From NCBI GenBank assembly GCA_965227775.1, contig OZ245777.1, forward strand, positions 1,408,001 through 1,472,000: 64,000 bases of DNA, written 5' to 3'. Within the stretch, counting starts at the first letter, position 1. Each line of letters opens with the position of its first letter. The notes under the pieces are model-generated. The model had not been told where the DNA came from and searched no databases. It saw nothing but the letters and a program-made list of their open reading frames with translations. Of this stretch, positions 1 to 9,223 are shown in pieces. Source of the DNA: Phycisphaerales bacterium. Its GTDB lineage: Bacteria; Planctomycetota; Phycisphaerae; Phycisphaerales; UBA1924. A program made the translations under genes and the position numbers.

Positions 1-1
1 C

Positions 2-1390
2 TCGGCCGCCGGCGACCTGAATGGCGATGGCATCAGCGATGTGATCGTTGGCGACCCGGAGTCCAGCCCCGGCGGGCTGACCGCTGCCGGCCGGGCGTTC
101 GTCGTGTTCGGACGCTCGGGTGCGTTCCCCGCGGAGGTCGACGTCCTGTCGCTGGACGGTTCGGACGGCTTTACGCTCGTCGGCGAGGCGGTGGACGATC
201 GAGCCGGGTTCGATGTTTCCGCCGCGGGCGACTTCAACGGCGACGGCATCGACGACGTGGCGATTGGTTGCTTCGGCTCACGATGCTGCGGCGCGATCAG
301 CAAGGCGTTCGTGGTCTTTGGAAGTCGCGACGGCTTCGGCGCCACGTTCGAACTCTCCACGCTCGATGGCACGGACGGGTTCCGTGTCGTCGGCCCGGAC
401 GCGGGCGAGAGGCTTTGGCGCGTGGCGACAGGTGGCGATGTCAACGGGGACGGCCTGGGCGATCTGGTCTTTGGCAACCGGAGCGCCGATCCTCTGGGCC
501 GGCTCATCGCGGGCTCGGCGTTCGTCCTGTTCGGCAGCGATCGGGCGTTCGGCCCTCAGTTTGATCTCGCGGCGCTCGATGGGCAGAACGGCTTCCGTGT
601 CGATGGCGCCGAGCAGGGCCATCGGGTCGGTACGGGAATCGGTACGGCCGGCGACGTCAACGGCGATGGTTTCGATGATGTCGTGATCGGCGCGGAGGGC
701 GCCGGTGCCTTCTACATGGGCTTCACTGCGGGCCGCACGTACGTCGTCTTCGGGAAAGACGACGCGTTCGAGCCCGTGATCGATCTGACCGGATTCGGTA
801 GCCCAGACGGCTTCCGCATCGACGGGGCATCGAGCGAGGCGTCCAGCGGCCGGGCGGTGGGCTCGGCGGGCGACATCAACGGCGACGGCTTCGACGACAC
901 GCTCGTCGGCGCGCCGACCACCGGGTTTGAGATCATCAGCTACTACCCGTTCGAGTCGCGCAGCGGCAGCGGCGAGACCTACGTCGTCTTCGGGCGCGGC
1001 GATGGCTTCCCCGACGTTGTGGCCGCGGCGGACCTGGACGGCGGGGACGGCTTCCGGATCGAGGGTGTGTCCGAGAGCTATTGCGGCAGTTCGGTGTCGT
1101 TCGCTGGCGACGTGAACGGTGACGGCAACGATGACTTCATCATCGGTGAGTACGCGGCTAGCGTGCCCGGCCTCACGGGCGCGGGGAAGAGCTATGTCAT
1201 CTATGGACGCGACCTGTTTCCCTGCTCCGCCGACCTCGACGGCGACGGCGAGTTGACGATCTTCGACTTCCTGGAGTTCCAGAACCTGTTTACGGCCGGC
1301 GACCCGCGTGCCGACTTCGATGGTGATGGCGAGCTCTCGCTGTTTGACTTCCTGGCGTTCCAGAACGCGTTTGATGCGGGCTGCTCGTGA
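2..1390 (+). CDS. FG-GAP (integrin-alpha-like) repeat protein with C-terminal GC-type dockerin; 5' truncated by the window edge
   Basis: The frame is open from base 2 (SAAGDLNGDGISDVIVG). Repeated GDxNGDGxDDxxIGA...G.AFVVFG motifs; C-terminus CSADLDGDGELTIFDFLEFQNLF...ADFDGDGELSLFDFLAFQNAFDAGCS. Confidence 0.9.
   Translation, partial: SAAGDLNGDGISDVIVGDPESSPGGLTAAGRAFVVFGRSGAFPAEVDVLSLDGSDGFTLVGEAVDDRAGFDVSAAGDFNGDGIDDVAIGCFGSRCCGAISKAFVVFGSRDGFGATFELSTLDGTDGFRVVGPDAGERLWRVATGGDVNGDGLGDLVFGNRSADPLGRLIAGSAFVLFGSDRAFGPQFDLAALDGQNGFRVDGAEQGHRVGTGIGTAGDVNGDGFDDVVIGAEGAGAFYMGFTAGRTYVVFGKDDAFEPVIDLTGFGSPDGFRIDGASSEASSGRAVGSAGDINGDGFDDTLVGAPTTGFEIISYYPFESRSGSGETYVVFGRGDGFPDVVAAADLDGGDGFRIEGVSESYCGSSVSFAGDVNGDGNDDFIIGEYAASVPGLTGAGKSYVIYGRDLFPCSADLDGDGELTIFDFLEFQNLFTAGDPRADFDGDGELSLFDFLAFQNAFDAGCS
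1223..1390 (+). repeat. Dockerin-encoding 168-nt C-terminal module, copy 1
   Basis: Same length (55 codons + stop) and highly similar translation to 3109-3276 and 5519-5686. Confidence 0.85.
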
Positions 1391-1491
1391 GACAGGGGGA
1401 ATCCTGCATAGGTTGTGGTTTGGCGCCCACCCGTTTTCTGGTACCGTGATATTTGAAGACTTGATACCTGACCGGCTGAAGGAGGAATGCC

Positions 1492-3276
1492 ATGCACGTA
1501 CGAACGAACGAGCATCTGATGACGCTGTTGATCGTCGCGGGCCTTCCGATGGCCATGCCGGCGGCGGTAACGGCCCAGAGCGATCCGCTGTCGGAGCCGT
1601 TTCCCGTTGTTCTTCCGCTGGGCGATCTCGATGGCGAGATCGGGTTCGGTCTCGACGGCGTGGTCCCGCGCGATGGATTTGGCTGGTCTGTCGGTGGGCT
1701 CGGCGACATCAATGGTGACGGCGTCGATGACGTGATCATCGGAGCGCCATGGACCAGTGGGATCAACGGCGCGGCGTTCATCGTGTTCGGCTCGGCGACC
1801 GGCTTTCCCGCGATAGTTGACGCGGCGACACTCGACGGCAGCAACGGGTTCGTTGCCGAGGGCTCCCGCGACCCCAGCCCGTCGGGCCGCGGTGAGCGAG
1901 CGGGAATCGCGGTCGCGGGGGCGGGAGACGTGAATGGCGATGGCGTGGCCGATGCCGTCATCGGTGCGGATCGCGCCGGCGAGCGCTACGTGAAGTCGTA
2001 CGCGGGCGCGACCTACGTCCTGTTCGGGCGCGGCGACGGCGCGTTTGACCCCGCGGTGCGGCTGGCCGATCTTGACGGCAACACCGGCTTCGCGGTGCCG
2101 GGCCTCGAAGGCGGTGACGGCAACGGCGCCGCGGTCTCGTCAGCGGGTGACATCAACGGCGATGGATTCGGAGACGTGCTCATCGGCGTGCCGGGCGGCG
2201 GCGAGGGTGAGTATGGCGGCGGCAGCTACTACCCGTACTACTACTGCTGCCCGGGCGAGGCCTATGTCATTTACGGCCGGGACATCCCCGGCGGCGCGAG
2301 CTTCCCGGCGGAGCTGGCGTTCGATCCGGATGCGCAAGACGAGGGGTTCGCGCTCTTCGGCGAAGACATCCGGGGCGATCTGGGCGCGGCCGTCGCCAGC
2401 GCAGGAGACGTCAACGGTGACGGATTCGATGACGTGCTGGTTGCCGCTCGAGAGGACGATACGTACTACGGCGCGACGCATGTGATCTTCGGCCAGCCGT
2501 CCGGACTGGCCTCGTCGTTCAACGTGCGTGACCTTGACGGCACGAATGGCTTCACGATCCGCCCGGTGCCGGCGGCGATCATCAGTTACTCCGCTGACGA
2601 TGTGGATGCGGCTGGCGATGTGAACGGTGACGGGGTCGCTGACATCATCGTCAACTCGCGCTACGACGGCGCTTTCGTCGTGTTTGGTGGTACGGGTGGA
2701 TTCCCTGCCGACGTCATCCTTGATGACCTGGATGGTACCGACGGATTCCGCCTGACGGGCACACGGACCTCCGACGTGGCCGGCATCGGCGACTTCAACG
2801 GGGACGGGATCGACGACATCGCCGTCGGGGACACGCTCGCGACGACGGGCGCCGGCTCGCGCGCTGGCGCCGTGTACGTCGTCTTCGGGAGCCGAGACGG
2901 ATTCGCGGCGGCATTGAATCTCCGCACGCTCGACGGCGACAACGGCTTCCGCATTGAAGGCAGTATTCCAAACGATGGTGTTGGAAGCGTCGTATCGGCC
3001 GCTGGCGATGTCAACGACGACGGTAACCCCGACTTGCTGATCGGCACGCGTGACCAATTCACCGGTGAGAACGACACCGGTGCCTACGTGGTCTTCGGCC
3101 GCAGCGCCTGCCCGGCCGATCTCGACGGCGACGGCGCGTTGACGGTGTTCGACTTCCTCGCGTTCCAGAACTTCTTTGACGCCGGCGACCTCCGCGCCGA
3201 CTTCGATGGCGATGGAGATCTCACCCTGTTCGACTTCCTGTCGTTCCAGAACGCGTTCGATGCGGGGTGCGATTAG
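1492..3276 (+). CDS. Secreted FG-GAP repeat protein with C-terminal GC-type dockerin (594 aa)
   Basis: AAGGAGG RBS before the ATG; signal peptide (LLIVAGLPMAMPAAVTA-Q); seven GDxNG/DDG repeats; dockerin ending NAFDAGCD. Confidence 0.92.
   Translation: MHVRTNEHLMTLLIVAGLPMAMPAAVTAQSDPLSEPFPVVLPLGDLDGEIGFGLDGVVPRDGFGWSVGGLGDINGDGVDDVIIGAPWTSGINGAAFIVFGSATGFPAIVDAATLDGSNGFVAEGSRDPSPSGRGERAGIAVAGAGDVNGDGVADAVIGADRAGERYVKSYAGATYVLFGRGDGAFDPAVRLADLDGNTGFAVPGLEGGDGNGAAVSSAGDINGDGFGDVLIGVPGGGEGEYGGGSYYPYYYCCPGEAYVIYGRDIPGGASFPAELAFDPDAQDEGFALFGEDIRGDLGAAVASAGDVNGDGFDDVLVAAREDDTYYGATHVIFGQPSGLASSFNVRDLDGTNGFTIRPVPAAIISYSADDVDAAGDVNGDGVADIIVNSRYDGAFVVFGGTGGFPADVILDDLDGTDGFRLTGTRTSDVAGIGDFNGDGIDDIAVGDTLATTGAGSRAGAVYVVFGSRDGFAAALNLRTLDGDNGFRIEGSIPNDGVGSVVSAAGDVNDDGNPDLLIGTRDQFTGENDTGAYVVFGRSACPADLDGDGALTVFDFLAFQNFFDAGDLRADFDGDGDLTLFDFLSFQNAFDAGCD
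3109..3276 (+). repeat. Dockerin-encoding 168-nt C-terminal module, copy 2
   Basis: CPADLDGDGALTVFDFLAFQNFFDAGDLRADFDGDGDLTLFDFLSFQNAFDAGCD. Confidence 0.85.
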
Positions 3277-3303
3277 ATGTAGCCGTCGGCGTGTACGACG
3301 GGT

Positions 3304-3687
3304 TCAGGCGCCCATCGACTTCCAGAGCCCGATGACGTTGCCCTCGGGGTCGGCAAACCATGCGAAGTGGCCCATGCCCGGCACTTCCTGCTTGGGGATG
3401 ACGGTCTTGCCACCGAGCTCTTCGACCTGCTTGAGCGTGGCGTCGATATCGTCGACCTGCGCGTAGACGGTCACGTACTGGTGCGGCTCGTGACCGAGGC
3501 TGCTGAAGTGCCCGCCGATGCCCTCAGTCTTGGGTTCGACATGGGCGCCGAGGTTGCTCAGCATGGCCATGTTGGGCCCACCCTCCTCGCTCTGCCAGCC
3601 GAGCAAGTCCTTGTAGAAGGCCCTGGTCTTGGCCAGGTCCTTGCTTCCGATCTCGAAGTGGACGACGGGTGCGGGGTCTTTGGGCAT
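3304..3687 (-). CDS. VOC/glyoxalase family protein (127 aa)
   Basis: PVVHFEI...TRAFYKDLLGW, YAQVDDIDATL, GHFAWFADPEGNVIGLW; AAGGAG RBS upstream. Confidence 0.92.
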   Translation of the reverse strand: MPKDPAPVVHFEIGSKDLAKTRAFYKDLLGWQSEEGGPNMAMLSNLGAHVEPKTEGIGGHFSSLGHEPHQYVTVYAQVDDIDATLKQVEELGGKTVIPKQEVPGMGHFAWFADPEGNVIGLWKSMGA

Positions 3688-3904
3688 GGGGAGGCTCCTT
3701 TGGACGGTGTTGGATCAATCCGGGATTCTTAGCCGAGCATGGCGCGGTGCTCCCTGGCGTGAAGCGGTGACACTAGCGGCTCACTTCTAGTCGCTGGAAA
3801 AGTGCGTCAACGGCGCGTATCCGCCGTTTCTCTTGACAAACCGACCAGTTTTCGATAGTTTGTTCTCAGGAGTTGGGTTCGATGGAGAATGGAGGAGAGG
3901 TGCG

Positions 3905-5686
3905 ATGCGGGGACGAACGACCAATGCAGCGGTTCTGATGTTGATTTCAGGGCTTCCGGCGGCCGCGCTCGCTCAGGGCCCGCTATTGGAGCCATTTCCG
4001 GGTGAGTTCGACCTCGATGCGCTCGATGGCGCGATCGGCTTTCGCATCGACGGAGCCGTCGAGAACGATCGCACGGGCCGCACCATTGCGAGTGCCGGAG
4101 ACGTGAACGGCGATGGCCTGGAAGACCTGATCATCGGCGCGGTCGGATTCGATGCGGACGGCGTGAGCGCCGCCGGTGCGGTCTTTGTGGTGTTCGGTTC
4201 GGCCGAGCCCCGGGACGCCTTGCTCGATCTGGCACTCGTGGACGGGACCAACAGCTTCCGGCTCGAGGGCTTTGGTGAGCGCGACTATGTGGGTTCAACG
4301 GTGTCCGCAGCCGGTGACTTCAACGGCGACGGCATCGATGACGTCGCCATCGGGTCGGGGGGCTACGACGCCGGGTCCGCGTTCCAGGCCGGCGCCGTGT
4401 ACGTGGTGTTCGGCCGCACCGATGGCTTCCCGGCCTCGTTCTCGCTGGCGGACCTGGATGGGACCGACGGGCTGCGGCTGACCGGCACGCGTGCGGGCGA
4501 GCGCGCCGAGAAGGTTGCGGGCATCGGGGATCTGAATGGCGACGGCATCGACGATATCGCCATCGGAGCGTACGGATTCACTTCCGCCTACGACCGTGGC
4601 CGCACGTACGTGGTGTACGGCCGCGACACCACGAGCGGCGCCGATCCGTTCCCGGCCGTGCTGCCCCTCGACGAGGTTCGTGGGCCGATCGGTTTTCGGA
4701 TCGAGGGCGAAGCCGACGGCGACCTCGCCGGATTCTCCGTTGCCGGCGTTGGCGATGTGAACGGGGACGGCCGCAGCGATCTGGGCATCGGTGCGCCCGA
4801 TGCCTCCCCCGGCGGTCGCACGTTGGCCGGTGCCGCGTATGTCGTGTTCGGCCGCGATGCGTCCTCGCCGTTCTCCGATTCGCTGAGCCTGTCCGACCTG
4901 GACGGCTCCAACGGCTTCCGGACCGAGGGTATCACGTTCGGTGACACGTGCGGGTTCGACATCGACGCCGCCGGCGACGCGAACGCGGACGGTGTCGACG
5001 ACGTGATCATCGGCGTGGTCAACGAGCGCGATGCTTCCGGCCGGTTCCAGCCCGGCGCCGCCTATGTCGTGTTTGGCAGCGCGACAAACGGCTTCCCGGC
5101 ATCGCTGCCGCTCTCGATGATCGATGGTACGAACGGGTTCCGGATGCGCGGGTTCGATCGCGACGACGCGGTCGGTGTGAGCGTCGTCGGCGGGGGCGAT
5201 GTCGATGGCGATGGGATCGATGACGTGGTCATCGGTGCGCCCGACGTCGATCCGGATGGTCGCACCGATGCCGGCGAGACGTATATCGTGTTTGGCCGCA
5301 ACACGCCGTTTCCCGAGTCGATCGAGCTCGAATCGCTCGGGGCCGAGTCGGGCGTGACGATCCCGGGCCTGATCGCCGGCGACGGTCTTGGCCGCAGTTC
5401 CGCGATGGCCGACCTCAACGCCGATGGGCGAGCCGACGTGATCGTGTCGGCCGAACTGGCCGACCCGCTCGGCCGAGCCGATGCTGCGTCGAACTTCGTA
5501 ATCTTCGGCCGGAGTGGTTGCGTCGCCGATCTCGATCGCGACGGCACGCTCACGATCTTCGATTTTTTGGCGTTTGCCAACTTGTTCGACCTCATGGATC
5601 CACGCGCCGACTTCGATGGCGATGGTGAGTTTACAGTATTCGACTTCCTGGCGTTCCAGAACGCGTTTGACGTGGGGTGCCCGTAG
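3905..5686 (+). CDS. Secreted FG-GAP repeat protein with C-terminal GC-type dockerin (593 aa)
   Basis: Start moved to ATG 3905 after GGAGGAGAGG; signal peptide similar to the 1492 paralog (LISGLPAAALA-Q..LLEPFP); seven FG-GAP repeats; dockerin ending NAFDVGCP. Confidence 0.92.
   Translation: MRGRTTNAAVLMLISGLPAAALAQGPLLEPFPGEFDLDALDGAIGFRIDGAVENDRTGRTIASAGDVNGDGLEDLIIGAVGFDADGVSAAGAVFVVFGSAEPRDALLDLALVDGTNSFRLEGFGERDYVGSTVSAAGDFNGDGIDDVAIGSGGYDAGSAFQAGAVYVVFGRTDGFPASFSLADLDGTDGLRLTGTRAGERAEKVAGIGDLNGDGIDDIAIGAYGFTSAYDRGRTYVVYGRDTTSGADPFPAVLPLDEVRGPIGFRIEGEADGDLAGFSVAGVGDVNGDGRSDLGIGAPDASPGGRTLAGAAYVVFGRDASSPFSDSLSLSDLDGSNGFRTEGITFGDTCGFDIDAAGDANADGVDDVIIGVVNERDASGRFQPGAAYVVFGSATNGFPASLPLSMIDGTNGFRMRGFDRDDAVGVSVVGGGDVDGDGIDDVVIGAPDVDPDGRTDAGETYIVFGRNTPFPESIELESLGAESGVTIPGLIAGDGLGRSSAMADLNADGRADVIVSAELADPLGRADAASNFVIFGRSGCVADLDRDGTLTIFDFLAFANLFDLMDPRADFDGDGEFTVFDFLAFQNAFDVGCP
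5519..5686 (+). repeat. Dockerin-encoding 168-nt C-terminal module, copy 3
   Basis: CVADLDRDGTLTIFDFLAFANLFDLMDPRADFDGDGEFTVFDFLAFQNAFDVGCP. Confidence 0.85.
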
Positions 5687-5760
5687 GCGGCGCAGTTTCC
5701 GGCACGCAGGGCACAAGCTCGCTGCGCCTAGTTTGAGCGTGCTCTGTTCGCAGATGTGGC

Positions 5761-6672
5761 CTACATGGACTGGGCGCGTCGTCCTTTTGAGGCGTTCGGC
5801 ACCGGGTCGCGTTGGCCGTGCTGTTGCGCTGCGTAGATGACGCCGAGCACTATGAAGATCGCACCGGCGAAGTACAAGGCGATCATGGCAGCTGTCGCGG
5901 GCCATGTCGAACCGCCCGCGTGCGTGGCTCTGCTGTGACGCTGGGAGGATCCGCCGAGCCGCCACAGCGCCCGGTGGCTGTCGTGCCAGACTACTTCGCC
6001 GGTCTGTGTCGCTTCGTAGCCGTTGCGTACGGGCGCGCCCGTTGGCGCGTGTACGAGCTCTGCCGCCTCGAACATCTCGGCTGCGACCCATCGTCGCTGG
6101 TCCAGCCCGGCGGCGGTGTAGAGCGCGCCGACGCCGTCCGACAGGCCCTGCCCGGAATCTAGTGGCAGGGGCGGAACAGTGGCGCTGTCGAGAATAGTCC
6201 ATCCATCCGTTGCGGCGTCGTATCGCAGTACGTGCGTCGCGAGACTCGTGGCGTCGCTGCCCTTCACCCGGATCTGCGCCGTGCCGCCGGTTGCCTCGAA
6301 GGATGTGCGACCAGAGCCTGCTGGGCCAACGAGCTCATCGATGCCCGTGAAGTCGATGACATACGCGAGCGTGTACGCCCCTGGCACCGTGAACTGCTCG
6401 GTCATGGGCGTTGCCTCGAACGTCGCCGATCGCTGAGCGGGCCAGCTTGTCGGGGCGACCGTGCGCGAGGGGCTTTGGGTCGAAGCATCGATGAGCATCG
6501 CGATCGAGATGGCCACGCCCCCCGAGCACATCAGAGTCATCGCCGGCCTCAAGCGGCGCGACGCCGCTGGCGACGCGCGCACACCGATATACGAGCGCGC
6601 GATGGCAACAAGCCCGATCGCATTAGTCATGAGCAGCAGGATTGCAAGGATGAGCAAAACGCGATCGGACAT
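5761..6672 (-). CDS. Hypothetical membrane protein (3 predicted TM helices, large soluble loop; 303 aa)
   Basis: Two N-terminal hydrophobic segments and one C-terminal (AAMIALYFAGAIFIVLGVIYAA); fills the gap with no better competing ORF. Confidence 0.7.
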   Translation of the reverse strand: MSDRVLLILAILLLMTNAIGLVAIARSYIGVRASPAASRRLRPAMTLMCSGGVAISIAMLIDASTQSPSRTVAPTSWPAQRSATFEATPMTEQFTVPGAYTLAYVIDFTGIDELVGPAGSGRTSFEATGGTAQIRVKGSDATSLATHVLRYDAATDGWTILDSATVPPLPLDSGQGLSDGVGALYTAAGLDQRRWVAAEMFEAAELVHAPTGAPVRNGYEATQTGEVVWHDSHRALWRLGGSSQRHSRATHAGGSTWPATAAMIALYFAGAIFIVLGVIYAAQQHGQRDPVPNASKGRRAQSM

Positions 6673-6682
6673 CAAACAGATC

Positions 6683-7315
6683 CTAGGAAATCGGTACCTG
6701 CTCCGGTAGAACAGCCTCGATCGCCGCGCCGCACTCGGGGCACGTTTCGAGACCCGTTGCGTCGTAGCCGCATGCAGGGCAAGGGATGCGGCCGGCGGCG
6801 ACGGCGCGTTTCACGCGGCGGCGTCGCGTGAAGTCTCTTATCAGGATCGGTGTGGTGAAGGCCAAGGTAGGAGGTGCCAGAATCGCCCAGACCGGGATGG
6901 CGACGAGGAAGGGCGGGTCGTTCACTGGCTGGCCCTGGAAGGACCACTGGAAGGAGAAGTGCAGCAACTGGCTGACGTCTGCGTCCCAAGCAAACTTCTG
7001 CCTGCTGGGAGTGAAGAGCTGCAACGGTGCCATGTCGATCCGGCTGAGGCCACCGCCCCCAATACGCCAAACCACTTGGGATTGCCCATAAAGGCGGCCG
7101 TACCAGAACAAGCACGGCAGTATTGACGTGATGATGACCACGACCAGCCATGCCGAGAGCCACGGCCGGCGCTTGATGAATGCCCACGCAAGCCGCCAGC
7201 AGAAGTTGGCCACGCGCAGGCACGTTTCTCCTGGTCCGATGAGCTTGATGACGGCCTCCGCTTGATCATTGGGCGTCGTGCCGGGCAGATGTCCCTCGCT
7301 GGAACCCTTCTCCAC
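6683..7315 (-). CDS. Membrane protein with C-terminal Arg cluster and zinc ribbon (CPACGY..CPECG); start uncertain
   Basis: TM (WLSAWLVVVIITSILPCLFW), second TM (FLVAIPVWAILAPPTLAF), RRRRVKR, CPACGYDATGLETCPECG. Same layout as the 39156 and 39843 ORFs. Confidence 0.8.
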   Translation of the reverse strand: MEKGSSEGHLPGTTPNDQAEAVIKLIGPGETCLRVANFCWRLAWAFIKRRPWLSAWLVVVIITSILPCLFWYGRLYGQSQVVWRIGGGGLSRIDMAPLQLFTPSRQKFAWDADVSQLLHFSFQWSFQGQPVNDPPFLVAIPVWAILAPPTLAFTTPILIRDFTRRRRVKRAVAAGRIPCPACGYDATGLETCPECGAAIEAVLPEQVPIS

Positions 7316-7369
7316 GCCCCTCTAGCCTCTTTAGTCAGGCCCTTCGACCCCTTTGGAGCTTGTTTTCCC

Positions 7370-8959
7370 ATGAACCTCGGCCAGTTCTTCGAGCATTGGA
7401 GCATCGCCGAGAACCCCTTCCGGGGCGAAGAAGCCCGCCACGACGCGGTGTTCGCGCGGCTGACCGCCGAGCCGGCAGCAGCCTCGGCCGGCGCCGACGC
7501 CGGCAAGCCCGAGCCCGAAGCCGCCACCAATGCAGCGCCCGCACGTGGCGATGCGCGGCATAGCGACTTCGAGAAGATCGTCGGCGACCTGCGCAGCCCC
7601 AGCACTTCGATCGTCTTCGGCGAGAAGGGCAGCGGCAAGACGGCGCTCCGCCTGCAGATCGAGGGGCGCGTGCACGCCCACAACCGCCGGCACTCGGGTG
7701 AGCGCGTGCTCATGATCGCCCACGACGATCTCAACGCCGTCATCGATCGCTACCACGAACGCAGCGGCCAGGACACGGCGCTCGAGAGCCTCTCGCACTT
7801 CCGCCTCGTCGACCACGTCGACGCGATGCTGCTGTGGGCGGCGCCACGGCTGGTCGATGCACTGCTGGAGGAGTCCGCGCCCGACGCGCTCGAGCTGGCC
7901 GAGGGCCAACGCAAGAGCCTGCGCAAGCTCGACGCCGGCGCGCGGCGCGACCTGCTCTTGTTGCAAGCCGTGTACGACCGACCCGACGCCGCCGACGTGC
8001 GCACGGCACGGCTGCGCAAGGCCCTGAAGTTGCCGCGCGGTGGCGGCAAGCTCGCGTGGGACGTTGTGCTGTTCGCCGGCTGGATCCTGCCGATCGCAGC
8101 GCTCATTGGCTGGTGGCAGCTCGGCGGCTTGCCCGACGTCGTGTGGTGGGTGCTCGTCGCGGCGGGCGCGGTCGCGTGGGCGGCGGCGGGCGTGAAACGC
8201 CTGGTGCTCGACCGCATGGCGATGCAGCGATTGGGCAAGAAGGTCCGCAAGCAGGTCCGCGTGAGCGCGCGCGGCGACGCGAGCTACGCCGAGAGCTTCG
8301 CGCAGCTCGACCCGGTCTACGCGACCGCCCAGAACCTGCCGACGACCGACGCGGACGACACGCGGTACGCCATGCTCGAGCGTTTGCGCCGCGTCGTCCG
8401 GGCCCTCGGCTACCGCGGCTTGCTGGTCGTCATCGACCGCGTGGACGAGCCGAGCCTCATCAGCGGAAACCCCGAAGCGATGCGCGCGCTCATCTGGCCC
8501 CTGCTCAGCAACAAGTTCTTGCAGATGGACGGCGTGGGCGTCAAGATGCTCCTTCCCATCGAGCTGCGTCACGCCTTGTACCGCGAGAGCAGCGCCTTCT
8601 TCCAGGAAGCCCGCCTCGACAAGCAGAACCTCGTCGACCGACTGAGCTGGACCGGCGCGATGCTCTACGACCTGTGCGATGCGCGGCTGAAGGCATGCCT
8701 CGAACCCGGTGCCAAGCCCATCACGCTGGTCGACTTGTTTGCCGAGGACGTGACCGAACGCGATCTGGTCGATGCGCTCGACCAGATGCACCAGCCACGG
8801 GACGCGTTCAAGTTCCTGTACCAGTGCCTGAGCGAGCACTGCTCGAACGTGACGGCCCAGGAGCAGGCCTGGCGGGTGCCCAGGCTGGTGCTCGAGAGCG
8901 TGCGCAAGCAGCAGAGCGAGCGGGTGCAGCAGTTGTATCGGGGCATCAGCCCGGCCTGA
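7370..8959 (+). CDS. P-loop NTPase with a transmembrane hairpin between Walker A and Walker B (KAP-like layout; 529 aa)
   Basis: ENPF motif, Walker A GEKGSGKT, two TM helices (VVLFAGWILPIAALIGWW / VVWWVLVAAGAVAWAAAGV), Walker B LLVVIDRVDE; GGAG before ATG 7370. Confidence 0.8.
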   Translation: MNLGQFFEHWSIAENPFRGEEARHDAVFARLTAEPAAASAGADAGKPEPEAATNAAPARGDARHSDFEKIVGDLRSPSTSIVFGEKGSGKTALRLQIEGRVHAHNRRHSGERVLMIAHDDLNAVIDRYHERSGQDTALESLSHFRLVDHVDAMLLWAAPRLVDALLEESAPDALELAEGQRKSLRKLDAGARRDLLLLQAVYDRPDAADVRTARLRKALKLPRGGGKLAWDVVLFAGWILPIAALIGWWQLGGLPDVVWWVLVAAGAVAWAAAGVKRLVLDRMAMQRLGKKVRKQVRVSARGDASYAESFAQLDPVYATAQNLPTTDADDTRYAMLERLRRVVRALGYRGLLVVIDRVDEPSLISGNPEAMRALIWPLLSNKFLQMDGVGVKMLLPIELRHALYRESSAFFQEARLDKQNLVDRLSWTGAMLYDLCDARLKACLEPGAKPITLVDLFAEDVTERDLVDALDQMHQPRDAFKFLYQCLSEHCSNVTAQEQAWRVPRLVLESVRKQQSERVQQLYRGISPA

Positions 8960-9223
8960 GAACCAGCAGCAGGCGAGGCCCTCGGCTGAAAAGCGACAGC
9001 TTTGCGACAGAGTCGCCGCACCGCGTAACCAACCGAGATCGATCGGCATAGGGGTGCCCAAAGTGGCGTCCAGGGCGTCCTTCGGGCCGATGAGGGGTTG
9101 AATCCCCGGCCTGCGTGGGGGATGATGCCCGTATCTGAGCGCCACGCGGGGCGCCGGCTCGTTGGGGTCCCGCGCGTTCGCGCCCGTCCGGGCGGCGGCT
9201 CGTCAAGAAAGGATCACCAACTC

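Noticed and set aside
2..5686. Diversity-generating retroelement acting on the FG-GAP genes
   Set aside because: No reverse transcriptase and no template/variable repeat pair differing only at adenines; the shared 168-nt ends differ at all base types.
8960..9223. Glycine riboswitch upstream of the AlsT-family gene
   Set aside because: Could not find the GGAGA...CCGAAG...CTCTCAGG core; only generic GC-rich stems.
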